Part shown: positions 54,745 through 64,000 of the stretch, piece after piece | Position numbering within the stretch: position 1 is the stretch's first letter | Layout of the letters: every line of letters begins with the position of its first letter | NCBI GenBank assembly: GCA_944380315.1 | Contig: CALWHG010000006.1 | Coordinates: 7,387 to 71,386, forward strand | DNA from: an uncultured Lachnospiraceae bacterium | Lineage (GTDB): Bacteria; Bacillota; Clostridia; Lachnospirales; Lachnospiraceae | Direction: 5' to 3' | DNA: 64,000 nt | Notes under the pieces: model-generated | The model's input: the letters and a program-made list of their open reading frames with translations, nothing else | Told to the model about the DNA's origin: nothing | The model's database searches: none | Position numbers and translations under genes: made by a program

Positions 54745-54769
54745 GGCCTCTTTTTCTGTCAGATATTTA

Positions 54770-54988
54770 TTATTTATCTCTCCAAATTATGCGGGCTTTG
54801 GAGAGATCGTAGGGGCTCATCTCAAGTGTGACCTTGTCACCCGGCAGTATCCTTATGTAGTTCATACGGAGCTTGCCGCTGATATGCGCCAGTACCTGAT
54901 GCCCGTTTTCCAGCTCCACCTGAAACATGGCGTTGGGAAGCTTTTCTACCACGGTGCCTTCAAGTTCGATCACGTCCGCTTTTGACAT
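54770..54988 (-). CDS. infA: Translation initiation factor IF-1
   Basis: 72 aa: [36 protein letters not shown]. Confidence 0.97.
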   Translation of the reverse strand: MSKADVIELEGTVVEKLPNAMFQVELENGHQVLAHISGKLRMNYIRILPGDKVTLEMSPYDLSKARIIWRDK

Positions 54989-55006
54989 CCTTACCTCCTG
55001 AAATCT

Positions 55007-55786
55007 TTAAAGTACTCCATAGAGCTTCTTTTCCTCTTCAGTCAGGCTGAGCACCTCCGGCTCTCCCTTCCTTATGAGGATGGTATTTTCATAATGGGCT
55101 GAATAGCTTCCGTCCTCAGTCACAAAGGTCCATCCGTTGTCCGTCTCCCTGACCGCATATGTACCCATATTTATCATGGGCTCCACTGCCAGGGTCATGT
55201 TTTCACGGAGCTTCGGGCCCCTGGTGGTGCATGTGAAGTTCGGTACCTCCGGATCCTCATGCATCTCCTGACCTATGCCGTGTCCCACCAGATCCTCGAC
55301 TATGCCGTAGCCGTAAGGGATTATATAATCCTCTATGGCTCTGCCTATGTCGTGGACGTGGTTTCCTGCCACAGCTGCCTTTATGCCTGCAAAGAAGCTG
55401 TTCCTGGTCACCTCTATGAGCTGAGCTGCCTCGTCGCTTATCTTCCCCACAGCGTGGGTCCTGGCCGCGTCTGACTGCCAGCCCTTATATATGACTCCCG
55501 TATCTACGGAAACGATATCGCCCTCTTCCAGATATCTGTGCTTCGAGGGGATGCCGTGGACCACCTCATCATTGACCGACACGCAGGCTGATGCGGGAAA
55601 GCCATCATAGTCCTTGAAGGATGGTATGCATCCCATGGACCTGATGGTCTTTTCGCATATCCTGTCCACATCCAGTGTGGTCATGCCGGGCCTGATGGCA
55701 TCAGCTATCTCAAGGTGTACCCTGGCCAGTATCTCGCCGGCCTTCCGCATAAGCTCTATCTCATGCTCCGACTTGATCGTGATCAT
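55007..55786 (-). CDS. map: Type I methionine aminopeptidase
   Basis: Metal-ligand blocks VDTGVIYKGWQSDAART, GHGIGQEMHE and TLAVEPM. Confidence 0.95.
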   Translation of the reverse strand: MITIKSEHEIELMRKAGEILARVHLEIADAIRPGMTTLDVDRICEKTIRSMGCIPSFKDYDGFPASACVSVNDEVVHGIPSKHRYLEEGDIVSVDTGVIYKGWQSDAARTHAVGKISDEAAQLIEVTRNSFFAGIKAAVAGNHVHDIGRAIEDYIIPYGYGIVEDLVGHGIGQEMHEDPEVPNFTCTTRGPKLRENMTLAVEPMINMGTYAVRETDNGWTFVTEDGSYSAHYENTILIRKGEPEVLSLTEEEKKLYGVL

Positions 55787-56427
55787 CAGCCGATCGCCTC
55801 CGTAATGGCTACGAATACTTCAGAAGGACTCTTAGTGCCGTCTACCTCCTTGAGTATGCCCTCCGCCTTATAGAAATCTATAAGGGGCTGAGTCTGCTCA
55901 TGGTAGGTGACCAGCCTTGCCTTTACTGTCTCAGGCTTGTCATCTGCTCTCTGCACGAGCTCTGCTCCGCAGTGATCGCAGATCCCCTCCTTCTTGGGGG
56001 GTGTAAATACTATATGATAGGAAGCTCCGCACTTGGGGCAGCTGCGTCTTCCGGACATACGGCCCTCTATGACCTCATCCGGCACGTCAATGTTGACTGC
56101 CACATCGAGCTTTTCTCCCTTTTCGGAAAGTGCCTTCCTGAGGCTCTCTGCCTGAGGTATGGTACGGGGGAAGCCGTCCAGCACATATCCGTTTTTGCAG
56201 TCTGGCTCAGCTATACGGTCCAGGAGCATGCCTATGGTCACCTCATCGGGAACGAGTGCTCCCTGGTCCATATACTCCTTGGCCTTCATGCCAAGCTCGG
56301 TACCGTTCTTTATATTAGCACGGAAGATATCCCCTGTGCTTACATGGGGGATATCATATTCCTTTGCTATATTTACTGCCTGTGTTCCTTTGCCCGCTCC
56401 GGGCGCTCCAAGCATGACTATCTTCAT
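55786..56427 (-). CDS. adk: Adenylate kinase (zinc-lid form)
   Basis: MKIVMLGAPGAGKGTQ and a CPKCG...CDHCG lid. Start trimmed to ATG 56427 (GGAGGCGGAG RBS). Confidence 0.95.
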   Translation of the reverse strand: MKIVMLGAPGAGKGTQAVNIAKEYDIPHVSTGDIFRANIKNGTELGMKAKEYMDQGALVPDEVTIGMLLDRIAEPDCKNGYVLDGFPRTIPQAESLRKALSEKGEKLDVAVNIDVPDEVIEGRMSGRRSCPKCGASYHIVFTPPKKEGICDHCGAELVQRADDKPETVKARLVTYHEQTQPLIDFYKAEGILKEVDGTKSPSEVFVAITEAIG

Positions 56428-56440
56428 CTCCGCCTCCGGA

Positions 56441-57760
56441 TCAATCATTCAAAAAGCCTTTGTAGTTACGCACAAGGAGCTGAGATTCTACTGCCTTGAT
56501 GGTCTCCACGATGACACTGACTATGATGATCAGGCTGGTGCCGGTGAAGGAAAGATGTCCCATGCCGGTCACTCCCGTCAGTATGATCGGTGTCACGCAG
56601 GCTATCAGAAGCGCTACAGCTCCGATGAAGATCACATAGTTAAGTATATGGTTGAGATAGTCGCTGGTAGGCTTTCCGGGCCTTACTCCCGGTATGAAGC
56701 CGCCGTTCTTCTTCATGTTGTTGGCTATCTCAAGTGGATTGAAGGTGATGCTTGTATAGAAATATGCAAACAGCACCACGAGCACTATATAGATGAGCAG
56801 ACCTATGGTCGGGAACAGGTCACTGGGATCACACCAGTTGTTTGAGCTCAGTATGCTCAGTATCCTTCCTGCCGTGCTTGTGGAGTCGACTCCAAGGAAG
56901 GAGCCCACTACTACGGGCATGGACATGATGGAGGATGCAAAGATCACGGGGATGACTCCTGCCGTATTGACCTTGAGGGGTATGCTGGAGCTCTGTCCGC
57001 CCACCATACGTCTTCCCTGCATCTTTCTGGAATACTGTACCGGTATGTTCCTTGTGGCATCATTGAGCACTATCGTATATACGATGAGTGCCACGATAGC
57101 CGCCAGCGTAACTATGATCGCTATGGCTATGACAGGAACTGACTTTCCGTATACGAAGGTATAGTATATGTTGCTCAGATCCTGAGGTATGGATGAAAGG
57201 ATATTGAAGAGCAGGACCATGGATATACCGTTTCCGATACCCTTGTCCGTGATCTGCTCACCTATCCACATAAGTATAGCCGTACCTGCGGTCATGGTGA
57301 TGACGCAGATTATCACACTGCCTGCATTGTAATCATACAGAAATCCGCTTCCGCCGAAGCCTATAGCCATGGCTGCTGACTCTATGAGCGCCAGTCCTAT
57401 GGTAAGATATCTGGTGTACTCAGCTATCTTCTTACGTCCGGTCTCACCGTCCTTCTGCAGCTCCTCCAGGGCAGGTACTGCTATGGTCAGCAGCTGCATG
57501 ATGATGGATGATGTAATGTACGGTGATATGCTGAGTGCAAATACCGATAACTGGCTGAAGGATCCGCCCGTCATCGCATTGAACCATCCGAAGCCGTCAA
57601 GGCCGCCTATATTGGCAAAAAGCATGTCAAAATAGTAGGCGTTGACTCCAGGGATGGGGATGATGGAGCCTATCCTTATGACTATCAGCATGAGGAAGGT
57701 AAAGATCAGCTTTTTCCTGACCTCATCCACCCTCCATGCATTCTTCAGCAGTTTCCACAT
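56441..57760 (-). CDS. secY: Preprotein translocase subunit SecY
   Basis: 439 aa with a 10-TM layout. LGIGPYITASII-like LSISPYITSSIIMQLL. Confidence 0.96.
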   Translation of the reverse strand: MWKLLKNAWRVDEVRKKLIFTFLMLIVIRIGSIIPIPGVNAYYFDMLFANIGGLDGFGWFNAMTGGSFSQLSVFALSISPYITSSIIMQLLTIAVPALEELQKDGETGRKKIAEYTRYLTIGLALIESAAMAIGFGGSGFLYDYNAGSVIICVITMTAGTAILMWIGEQITDKGIGNGISMVLLFNILSSIPQDLSNIYYTFVYGKSVPVIAIAIIVTLAAIVALIVYTIVLNDATRNIPVQYSRKMQGRRMVGGQSSSIPLKVNTAGVIPVIFASSIMSMPVVVGSFLGVDSTSTAGRILSILSSNNWCDPSDLFPTIGLLIYIVLVVLFAYFYTSITFNPLEIANNMKKNGGFIPGVRPGKPTSDYLNHILNYVIFIGAVALLIACVTPIILTGVTGMGHLSFTGTSLIIIVSVIVETIKAVESQLLVRNYKGFLND

Positions 57761-57761
57761 A

Positions 57762-58205
57762 TCAGATTACCTCACAGGTTCCGCCGCATCCTTCGATCTT
57801 TTCTTTTGCAGTTTCGGAGAACGCATTTGCCTTAACGGTAAGCTTCTTTGTAAGCTCTCCGTTTCCGAGTACCTTCACTCCGCCCATCAGATCCTTGATG
57901 ACCTTTCTCTCAAGGAGTGCTGCTGCATCTACAGTAGCTCCGTCCTCGAAGAACTTGTCCAGAGTGCTGAGGTTGATGACTGCGAACTCTACTCTGTTGC
58001 GATTCTTGAAGCCCCTCTTGGGAAGTCTTCTGTACAGAGGCATCTGGCCACCCTCGAATCCGGGTCTGGGTGCTCCTGAACGTGCCTTCTGTCCCTTATG
58101 TCCGTAACCGGCTGTCTTTCCGTTTCCGGATCCATGGCCACGGCCTTTTCTGAAATTATTGCTGTGCTTGGAGCCGGCTGCCGGCCTTAAATTTGATAAT
58201 TCCAT
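57762..58205 (-). CDS. rplO: 50S ribosomal protein uL15
   Basis: [24 protein letters not shown]. Confidence 0.95.
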   Translation of the reverse strand: MELSNLRPAAGSKHSNNFRKGRGHGSGNGKTAGYGHKGQKARSGAPRPGFEGGQMPLYRRLPKRGFKNRNRVEFAVINLSTLDKFFEDGATVDAAALLERKVIKDLMGGVKVLGNGELTKKLTVKANAFSETAKEKIEGCGGTCEVI

Positions 58206-58216
58206 CCTGAACCTCC

Positions 58217-58399
58217 TTACAGCTCTTCGACCTTGATGAGGTGCTGTACCTGTCTGAGCATGCCTCTGACAGCCTGGTTGTCGGGAAGCTCATTTGTCTG
58301 ATTGATCTTTCTGAGTCCCAGGGCAGCGACAGTCTTCTTATTCTTGGGGACTGCACCTATAGGAGATTTTACCAGCGTAACTCTTAACTTCTCTGCCAT
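58217..58399 (-). CDS. rpmD: 50S ribosomal protein uL30
   Basis: 60 aa: [27 protein letters not shown]. Confidence 0.93.
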   Translation of the reverse strand: MAEKLRVTLVKSPIGAVPKNKKTVAALGLRKINQTNELPDNQAVRGMLRQVQHLIKVEEL

Positions 58400-58414
58400 C
58401 GCTCTGTCCTCCTG

Positions 58415-58924
58415 TTATTTCAGTATCTCGTCCACAGTCTTGCCTCTTAAGGCAGCGTACTGCTCGGGAGACTTCATGGCCTTGAGGCCTTCCAGTGTGG
58501 CGAGCACACAGTTCACCTTATTGTTGGAGCCAAGCGACTTGGTACGTATGTTCTTTATGCCTACCATCTCGATGACCGCACGGGCAGGTCCTCCGGCTAT
58601 GACACCGGTACCTTCGGGTGCTCTCTTGAGAAGTATGGTAGAGCTTCCGAATACTCCGAAGAAATCGTGAGGCACTGACTGGTTCTTGTCCAGAGGGATC
58701 TCTACGAGATTCTTCATGGCTGCCTCCTTGCCCTTTCTTATAGCCTCGGGCACCTCGGCTGCCTTTCCAAGGCCTGCACCTACATGTCCGTTTCCGTCTC
58801 CGACTACTACCAGAGCTGAAAATCTCATGGTACGTCCGCCCTTGACAGTCTTGGATACACGCTTGATGGCAACGACTCTGTCGTTCAATTCTAATGTCTT
58901 AGGATCAATAATTGTACGTCTCAT
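58415..58924 (-). CDS. rpsE: 30S ribosomal protein uS5
   Basis: [27 protein letters not shown]. Confidence 0.96.
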   Translation of the reverse strand: MRRTIIDPKTLELNDRVVAIKRVSKTVKGGRTMRFSALVVVGDGNGHVGAGLGKAAEVPEAIRKGKEAAMKNLVEIPLDKNQSVPHDFFGVFGSSTILLKRAPEGTGVIAGGPARAVIEMVGIKNIRTKSLGSNNKVNCVLATLEGLKAMKSPEQYAALRGKTVDEILK

Positions 58925-58935
58925 CTTTCTCCCCC

Positions 58936-59301
58936 TTAGAATTCAAGTCCGGCTTCGCGTGCCGCCTCTGCAAGTGCCTTGACTTTTCCGTGATAGATGA
59001 AGCCGCCTCTGTCGAATACTACCTCCTTGACGCCCTTCTCAAGAGCCTTCTTGGCGATAGAGGTTCCTACAAATGCTGCTGCCTCTACATTGTCGGTATA
59101 CTCCAGATCCTTGGCATCCTTGTCGAGAGTAGATGCTGCGCAGATGGTATGTCCCTTTGTGTCATCTATGATCTGTGCATACATATGCTTGTTTGATCTG
59201 AATACGCAAAGACGCGGTCTCTCAGCTGTGCCGGAGATACGATTACGAAGTCTTGCGTGCTTCTTATGACGAATTTCACTTCTTGACTTTTTGCTTATCA
59301 T
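58936..59301 (-). CDS. rplR: 50S ribosomal protein uL18
   Basis: [20 protein letters not shown] and [27 protein letters not shown]. Confidence 0.96.
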   Translation of the reverse strand: MISKKSRSEIRHKKHARLRNRISGTAERPRLCVFRSNKHMYAQIIDDTKGHTICAASTLDKDAKDLEYTDNVEAAAFVGTSIAKKALEKGVKEVVFDRGGFIYHGKVKALAEAAREAGLEF

Positions 59302-59318
59302 GTCATTCTCTCCTTAGC

Positions 59319-59861
59319 TTATTTCTTACCGGTCTTGCCGACTTTACGTCTGATGGTCTCGGTCTCATATTTGATACCCTTGCCCTTATAAGGCTCAGGG
59401 GGTCTCTTCATCCTGATCTCGGCTGCGTACTGTCCGACCTTCTCCTTTGAGATACCCTTTACGATGATCTTGTTCTGGCCGTCAAGTACTGTCTCTATGC
59501 CCTCGGGATCCTCCATCTCTACGGGATGGGAATATCCAAGGTTGAGCACGAGCTTGTTGCCCTGCTTTGCAGCCCTGTAACCTACACCGTTGATCTCAAG
59601 CACCTTCTGATAGCCCTCTGAAACTCCGGTCACCATGTTGTGGATCAGAGTCCTGGTAAGGCCGTGAAGAGCCTTTATCCTCTTGAGATCGTTGGGACGG
59701 GTCACAACGACCTTTCCGTCTTCCTGCTCTATGGTGAGCTCATGGGCAAACTGCCTTACAAGCTCTCCCTTAGGGCCCTTTACTGTCACAATGTTGCCGT
59801 CAGCTATGCTTACGGTAACGCCGGCCGGTACAGCTACCGGCTGCTTTCCTATACGTGACAT
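59319..59861 (-). CDS. rplF: 50S ribosomal protein uL6
   Basis: [17 protein letters not shown] and GVGYRA. Confidence 0.96.
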   Translation of the reverse strand: MSRIGKQPVAVPAGVTVSIADGNIVTVKGPKGELVRQFAHELTIEQEDGKVVVTRPNDLKRIKALHGLTRTLIHNMVTGVSEGYQKVLEINGVGYRAAKQGNKLVLNLGYSHPVEMEDPEGIETVLDGQNKIIVKGISKEKVGQYAAEIRMKRPPEPYKGKGIKYETETIRRKVGKTGKK

Positions 59862-59916
59862 CTAAAAATCCTCCTTCTTAGATTGTCGGCCTCATGGCCG
59901 TTTTCAGATGTGTTTA

Positions 59917-60318
59917 TTACCAAACGAAGCAGAGAACCTCTCCGCCGATGCCCTTCTGTCTTGCTTCCTTATCGGTCATGATGCCCTCGTTGGTTGAAAC
60001 GATGGCGATGCCGAGTCCGCCAAGGACCTTAGGCATGTTCTCCTTGCCTGCGTAGACACGGAGACCGGGCTTACTGATCTTCTTGAGTCCTGTGATTATC
60101 CTCTGGGACTTATCAGCTGTATACTTAAGGGTTATTCTGATATCCTTGAAGTTTCCGTTGTCAACGAGCTCATACTTCTCGATGTATCCCTCATTGAAAA
60201 GTATCTCAGCTATGGCATTCTTCATCTTGGATGAAGGAACGTCAACTGTCTCATGCTTACGCATGTTTGCGTTGCGGATTCTTGTCAGCATATCTGCAAT
60301 AGGATCACTCATAGTCAT
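59917..60318 (-). CDS. rpsH: 30S ribosomal protein uS8
   Basis: [13 protein letters not shown] and GGEVLCFVW. Confidence 0.96.
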   Translation of the reverse strand: MTMSDPIADMLTRIRNANMRKHETVDVPSSKMKNAIAEILFNEGYIEKYELVDNGNFKDIRITLKYTADKSQRIITGLKKISKPGLRVYAGKENMPKVLGGLGIAIVSTNEGIMTDKEARQKGIGGEVLCFVW

Positions 60319-60378
60319 AATGATACACGATATCCTTTCTTGTCTGTCTTATTTAAGCAGCTTCTGCGGGTGAATGGA

Positions 60379-60564
60379 TCACCAGCTTGCCTTCTTTACT
60401 CCGGGTATCTCGCCCTTGTATGCCAGCTCACGGAAGCAGATACGGCAGATGCCATACTTTCTGAGATAAGCATGGGGTCTTCCGCATATCCTGCACCTGT
60501 TGTAAGCTCTGGTCGAGAACTTAGCGGGACGCTGCTGTTTGATCTTCATGGATGTTTTAGCCAT
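60379..60564 (-). CDS. rpsZ: 30S ribosomal protein uS14, type Z (zinc-binding, 61 aa)
   Basis: [23 protein letters not shown] (CxxC...CxxC). Confidence 0.95.
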   Translation of the reverse strand: MAKTSMKIKQQRPAKFSTRAYNRCRICGRPHAYLRKYGICRICFRELAYKGEIPGVKKASW

Positions 60565-60583
60565 CTCTTATCTAGCTCCTTCC

Positions 60584-61123
60584 TTATCTCGCGAAGGGCA
60601 TGTTGAAGAGCCTCAAAAGCTCCTTAGCCTCTTCGTCCGTCTTAGCTGTCGTAACGAAAATGATGTCCATGCCTCTTGTCTTGTCAACCTTGTCATACTC
60701 GATCTCGGGGAATATGAGCTGCTCACGAAGTCCCAGCGCATAGTTTCCTCTTCCGTCGAAGGAGTTGGGGTTCACGCCTCTGAAGTCACGTACACGGGGA
60801 AGTGCCAGGTTGATGAGACGATCTGCAAAATCGTACATCTTCTCTCCACGGAGAGTTACCTTGCATCCGATGGGCATGCCTTCACGGATCTTGAAGTTAG
60901 CTACTGACTTCCTTGCCTTGGTCACAACAGCGTGCTGTCCTGAGATGATCTCCATATCTCTTACAGCAGAGTCCAAAACCTTGGCATTTTCCTTAGCCTC
61001 ACCAACACCCATGTTGATGACTATCTTCTCGAGCTTGGGTACTTCCATGATGTTCTTGTATCCGAACTTCTTTATCATGGCGTCCCTGATCTCGGAATTG
61101 TAGATATCCTTTAATCTGGCCAC
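60584..61123 (-). CDS. rplE: 50S ribosomal protein uL5
   Basis: [12 protein letters not shown] and NMGVGEA, at the expected spc-operon position. Confidence 0.96.
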   Translation of the reverse strand: MARLKDIYNSEIRDAMIKKFGYKNIMEVPKLEKIVINMGVGEAKENAKVLDSAVRDMEIISGQHAVVTKARKSVANFKIREGMPIGCKVTLRGEKMYDFADRLINLALPRVRDFRGVNPNSFDGRGNYALGLREQLIFPEIEYDKVDKTRGMDIIFVTTAKTDEEAKELLRLFNMPFAR

Positions 61124-61142
61124 AGTTTTTTCCTCCTTTCGC

Positions 61143-61448
61143 TTATGCTATGACCTTGCCGGTCTTCTTTGCATAGCGTACCTTCTTGTCGCCTTCCATC
61201 CTGAAGCCTACCTTGGTGGGCTGGCCGTCAGCAAGGAGCATAACATTTGAAATGTCTACAGGGCTCTCGGTCCTTACGATACCGCCCTGGGGGTTTGCCT
61301 GTGAAGGCTTCTGGTGCTTGGTCACCATGTTGATGCCCTCTACGATCACCCTGCCGTTCTTTACGTCAACGCTGAGTACCTTACCGTCTCTGCCCTTGTC
61401 CTTACCGGCAATGATCCTGACCATATCGTCTTTCTTGATCTTACGCAT
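61143..61448 (-). CDS. rplX: 50S ribosomal protein uL24
   Basis: [21 protein letters not shown] (KOW motif). Confidence 0.95.
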   Translation of the reverse strand: MRKIKKDDMVRIIAGKDKGRDGKVLSVDVKNGRVIVEGINMVTKHQKPSQANPQGGIVRTESPVDISNVMLLADGQPTKVGFRMEGDKKVRYAKKTGKVIA

Positions 61449-61459
61449 GGGGCACCTCC

Positions 61460-61828
61460 TTACAGTACTTCCGGAGCCAGAGATACGATCTTCATGAACT
61501 GATGATCACGAAGCTCTCTGGCTACCGGCCCGAATATACGAGTTCCTCTCGGGGTCTTGTCATCCTTGATGATAACGGCTGCATTCTCGTCGAAACGGAT
61601 GTATGAGCCGTTTGCGCGGCGGGTCTTCTGAACGGTGCGGACCACTACCGCCTTAACTACGTCGCCCTTCTTTACCACGCCGCCGGGTGTGGCATCTTTA
61701 ACTGAAGCGACTATCACGTCACCGATACGTGCATATCTTCTGGTCGAGCCGCCCATGACACGGATGCAAAGGAGTTCCTTAGCACCGGTATTGTCGGCAA
61801 CCTTAAGTCTGGTCTCCTGCTGTACCAT
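61460..61828 (-). CDS. rplN: 50S ribosomal protein uL14
   Basis: [27 protein letters not shown]. Confidence 0.97.
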   Translation of the reverse strand: MVQQETRLKVADNTGAKELLCIRVMGGSTRRYARIGDVIVASVKDATPGGVVKKGDVVKAVVVRTVQKTRRANGSYIRFDENAAVIIKDDKTPRGTRIFGPVARELRDHQFMKIVSLAPEVL

Positions 61829-61846
61829 AGTATTACTCCTCTCTCC

Positions 61847-62101
61847 TTATCTGGCCTTCTCAACTATCCTTACGAGTCTCCATCTCTTTGTCTTGGACAA
61901 AGGTCTGGTCTCCATGACCTCTACAAGGTCTCCCTCGCCGCACTCATTGTTCTCATCATGGGCCTTAAGGGTATATGTGCTCTTTACAATCTTACCGATC
62001 AAAGGATGCTTAACATTATCCTCGATAGCAACCGTGATAGTCTTATCCATCTTGTTGCTTATCACCTTACCGGTACGAGTCTTTCTGAGATTTCTTTCCA
62101 C
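61847..62101 (-). CDS. rpsQ: 30S ribosomal protein uS17
   Basis: [22 protein letters not shown]. Confidence 0.95.
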   Translation of the reverse strand: MERNLRKTRTGKVISNKMDKTITVAIEDNVKHPLIGKIVKSTYTLKAHDENNECGEGDLVEVMETRPLSKTKRWRLVRIVEKAR

Positions 62102-62126
62102 GGTTAATGCTCTCCTTTCCTACGGT

Positions 62127-62339
62127 TCAGCTTACTTTCTGCTTCTCAGTGATAACAGTCTGTATCCTGGCTATGTTCTTGCGTACCTCATTTATCCTTG
62201 CAGTGTTATCAAGCTGATTGGTAGCATTCTGGAATCTGAGATTGAAAAGTTCCTTCTTGGCCGTAACGAGATCCTCGTTCAAAGCCTTGACGTCCTTAGC
62301 CTTAAGCTCATCTAAATACTTCTTACTTTTCACTGTCAT
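62127..62339 (-). CDS. rpmC: 50S ribosomal protein uL29
   Basis: [27 protein letters not shown] 62339 is preferred over the GTG at 62342. It overlaps the 3' end of rplP. Confidence 0.92.
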   Translation of the reverse strand: MTVKSKKYLDELKAKDVKALNEDLVTAKKELFNLRFQNATNQLDNTARINEVRKNIARIQTVITEKQKVS

Positions 62340-62760
62340 CACCGCCTTCTAAATCAGCCTTGGATACGATCTTGCATGTAAGCGGTAACTTATGCATGGC
62401 AAGACGAAGTGCCTCTCTGGCTGTCTCCTCGGGAACACCTGCGATCTCAAAGAGCACGCGACCCGGCTTAACTACTGCTACATAAAACTCTACGGCGCCC
62501 TTTCCGGATCCCATACGTACTCCGATAGGCTTTGATGTTACGGGCTTATCGGGGAACACCTTGATCCAAACCTGTCCGCCACGCTTGATATAACGGGTCA
62601 TGGCAACACGGGCTGCCTCTATCTGATTTGCCTTAAGCCAGCAGGATTCGGTAGCGACAAGGCCGTACTCGCCGTACGCGATCTTGTTTCCGCGCTGAGC
62701 ACTGCCCTTCATGGAACCACGCTGCTGCTTACGATATTTTGTTCTCTTTGGCATTAACAT
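62323..62760 (-). CDS. rplP: 50S ribosomal protein uL16
   Basis: [19 protein letters not shown]. Confidence 0.97.
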   Translation of the reverse strand: MLMPKRTKYRKQQRGSMKGSAQRGNKIAYGEYGLVATESCWLKANQIEAARVAMTRYIKRGGQVWIKVFPDKPVTSKPIGVRMGSGKGAVEFYVAVVKPGRVLFEIAGVPEETAREALRLAMHKLPLTCKIVSKADLEGGDDSEK

Positions 62761-62762
62761 GA

Positions 62763-63419
62763 TTATTTATCGCTCCCTTCCTTCTTCTTTTCAGGAAGTA
62801 TCTCCCCTTTGTAGATCCAAACCTTGATGCCGAGCTTTCCATAGGTGGTATCTGCCTCAGCAAATCCGTAGTCTATGTCTGCACGCAGAGTCTGAAGAGG
62901 TATGGTTCCCTCAGAATAGAACTCTGATCTTGCTATATCTGCTCCGCCAAGTCTTCCTGATACTGCTGCCTTGATGCCGAGCGCTCCGGCCTTCATGGTC
63001 CTCTGCATAGCCTGCTTGAGGGCACGTCTGAAGGATGCACGGTTCTCCAGCTGCTGAGCTATGTTCTCTGCAACGAGCTGAGCATCACGGTCAGGCCTCT
63101 TGATCTCCTTGATATCCACAAAGAGCTTGTTCTTGGTATACTTCTGAACCTCTGCCTTAAGCTTGTCTATCTCTGCGCCGCCTCTTCCGATGACTACGCC
63201 GGGCTTAGCGGTATAGATGATGACTCTGACTCTGTCAGCTGTCCTCTCGATCTCGATCTTGGAGATGCCGGCAGGCTCAAGCTTTTTCTTAAGGAACTTT
63301 CTTATATTGTAGTCTTCCACGAGGTTGTCGGCAAAATCTCTGCCCTCTGCATACCACCTGGAATCCCAGTCTTTAATTACGCCGACTCTCAGGCCGTGCG
63401 GATTAACTTTCTGTCCCAT
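62763..63419 (-). CDS. rpsC: 30S ribosomal protein uS3
   Basis: [24 protein letters not shown] and a KH domain. Confidence 0.97.
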   Translation of the reverse strand: MGQKVNPHGLRVGVIKDWDSRWYAEGRDFADNLVEDYNIRKFLKKKLEPAGISKIEIERTADRVRVIIYTAKPGVVIGRGGAEIDKLKAEVQKYTKNKLFVDIKEIKRPDRDAQLVAENIAQQLENRASFRRALKQAMQRTMKAGALGIKAAVSGRLGGADIARSEFYSEGTIPLQTLRADIDYGFAEADTTYGKLGIKVWIYKGEILPEKKKEGSDK

Positions 63420-63434
63420 GCTTTCCTCCTCCGA

Positions 63435-63824
63435 TTACTTCTTCTCGTCCAGGATCACCGTGATGTGGCTGGTGCGCTTCTCTATACGATAAGCCCTGCC
63501 CTGTGCTCTGGGGTGTATCCTCTTCATGGTAGGTCCCTTGTTTGCGAAGCACTCTGCCACGTAAAGGGTATCCCTGTCCATATTGTTATTGTTCTCTGCA
63601 TTTGCTGCCGCAGACTCAAGTAACTTCTTGACAAGAGTCGAAGCATATCTGGGGTTGTAGGTCACGATACCGAGTGCGGTATTGAGATCCTTTCCTCTGA
63701 TGGCATCCAGTATGAAGCATGCCTTCTGCACGGAAACTCTCGCATATGAAAGCTTAGCGCTGGGTCTCAAATCCTTAACGGCATTTCTTTCTCTCTTTAT
63801 CTGTGATCTGTGTCCTTTTGCCAT
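63435..63824 (-). CDS. rplV: 50S ribosomal protein uL22
   Basis: ARVSVQKACFILDAIRGK and GPTMKRIHPRAQGRAYRIEKRTSHITVIL. Confidence 0.95.
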   Translation of the reverse strand: MAKGHRSQIKRERNAVKDLRPSAKLSYARVSVQKACFILDAIRGKDLNTALGIVTYNPRYASTLVKKLLESAAANAENNNNMDRDTLYVAECFANKGPTMKRIHPRAQGRAYRIEKRTSHITVILDEKK

Positions 63825-63852
63825 AGTAGATCTTTCCTCCTTTCAGCCAAGC

Positions 63853-64000
63853 TTATCTTGCGCCGGTCTTCTTTTCGTCCTTGCCATGGCCCCTGTAGGT
63901 CCTGGTAGCAACGAACTCACCGAGCTTATGACCGACCATATCCTCTGTTACGAATACGGGCACATGCTTCCTGCCGTCGTGTACTGCTATAGTGTGGCCT
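63853..64000 (-). CDS. rpsS: 30S ribosomal protein uS19, 3' part only (the gene continues beyond the window)
   Basis: The hand translation is ...[48 protein letters not shown]. Confidence 0.93.
   Translation of the reverse strand, partial: GHTIAVHDGRKHVPVFVTEDMVGHKLGEFVATRTYRGHGKDEKKTGAR

Noticed and set aside
1-64000. A search for mobile elements, prophage genes, tRNA/rRNA genes, and toxin-antitoxin or defence gene clusters beyond the toxN remnant.
   Set aside because: I recognised no transposase, integrase, recombinase, terminal inverted repeats, cloverleaf-like segments or rRNA-like sequence. The intergenic gaps are all 215 nt or shorter and are accounted for by promoters and terminators.

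Overview
This looks like a Gram-positive, Clostridia-like chromosomal segment: GGAGG-type ribosome-binding sites, choline/cell-wall-binding repeats, an LCP protein, and the spc/alpha operon order with rpsD between rpsK and rpoA. About 95% of the coding sequence is on the minus strand. In plus-strand coordinates the content runs as follows. (1) Glycogen/maltodextrin genes: glgB, a glgX-like debrancher, and malQ with xth embedded. (2) A MATE pump co-transcribed with two small membrane proteins. (3) A family-5 (Opp/Dpp-type) ABC importer operon ending in a cytoplasmic ceramidase-like hydrolase and an MBL-fold hydrolase. (4) An AT-rich five-gene signalling operon: an AraC-type response regulator, a soluble histidine-kinase core, and a complete but catalytically degenerate ribose-type ABC set. 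I consider this the most unusual item in the window. (5) A small plus-strand island with an XRE regulator, brnQ, and a ToxN/AbiQ-family type III toxin gene inactivated by one in-frame TAA. (6) A MATE gene, yggS, and a DASS transporter / UxuA-like dehydratase / degenerate PrpR-type regulator module. (7) An ABC-F ATPase, a truncated Fic gene, a cell-envelope cluster (LCP, acyltransferase-3, amidase, uppP), mnmA, ung, nrdAB, a MATE gene, asd, a nitroreductase and a cell-wall-binding-repeat protein. (8) The alpha and spc ribosomal operons and the distal part of the S10 operon, from rplQ back to a partial rpsS. I found no rRNA, tRNA, CRISPR array, transposase, integrase or phage gene. All functional calls come from reading the translations and from motif recall. 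No database search was run.
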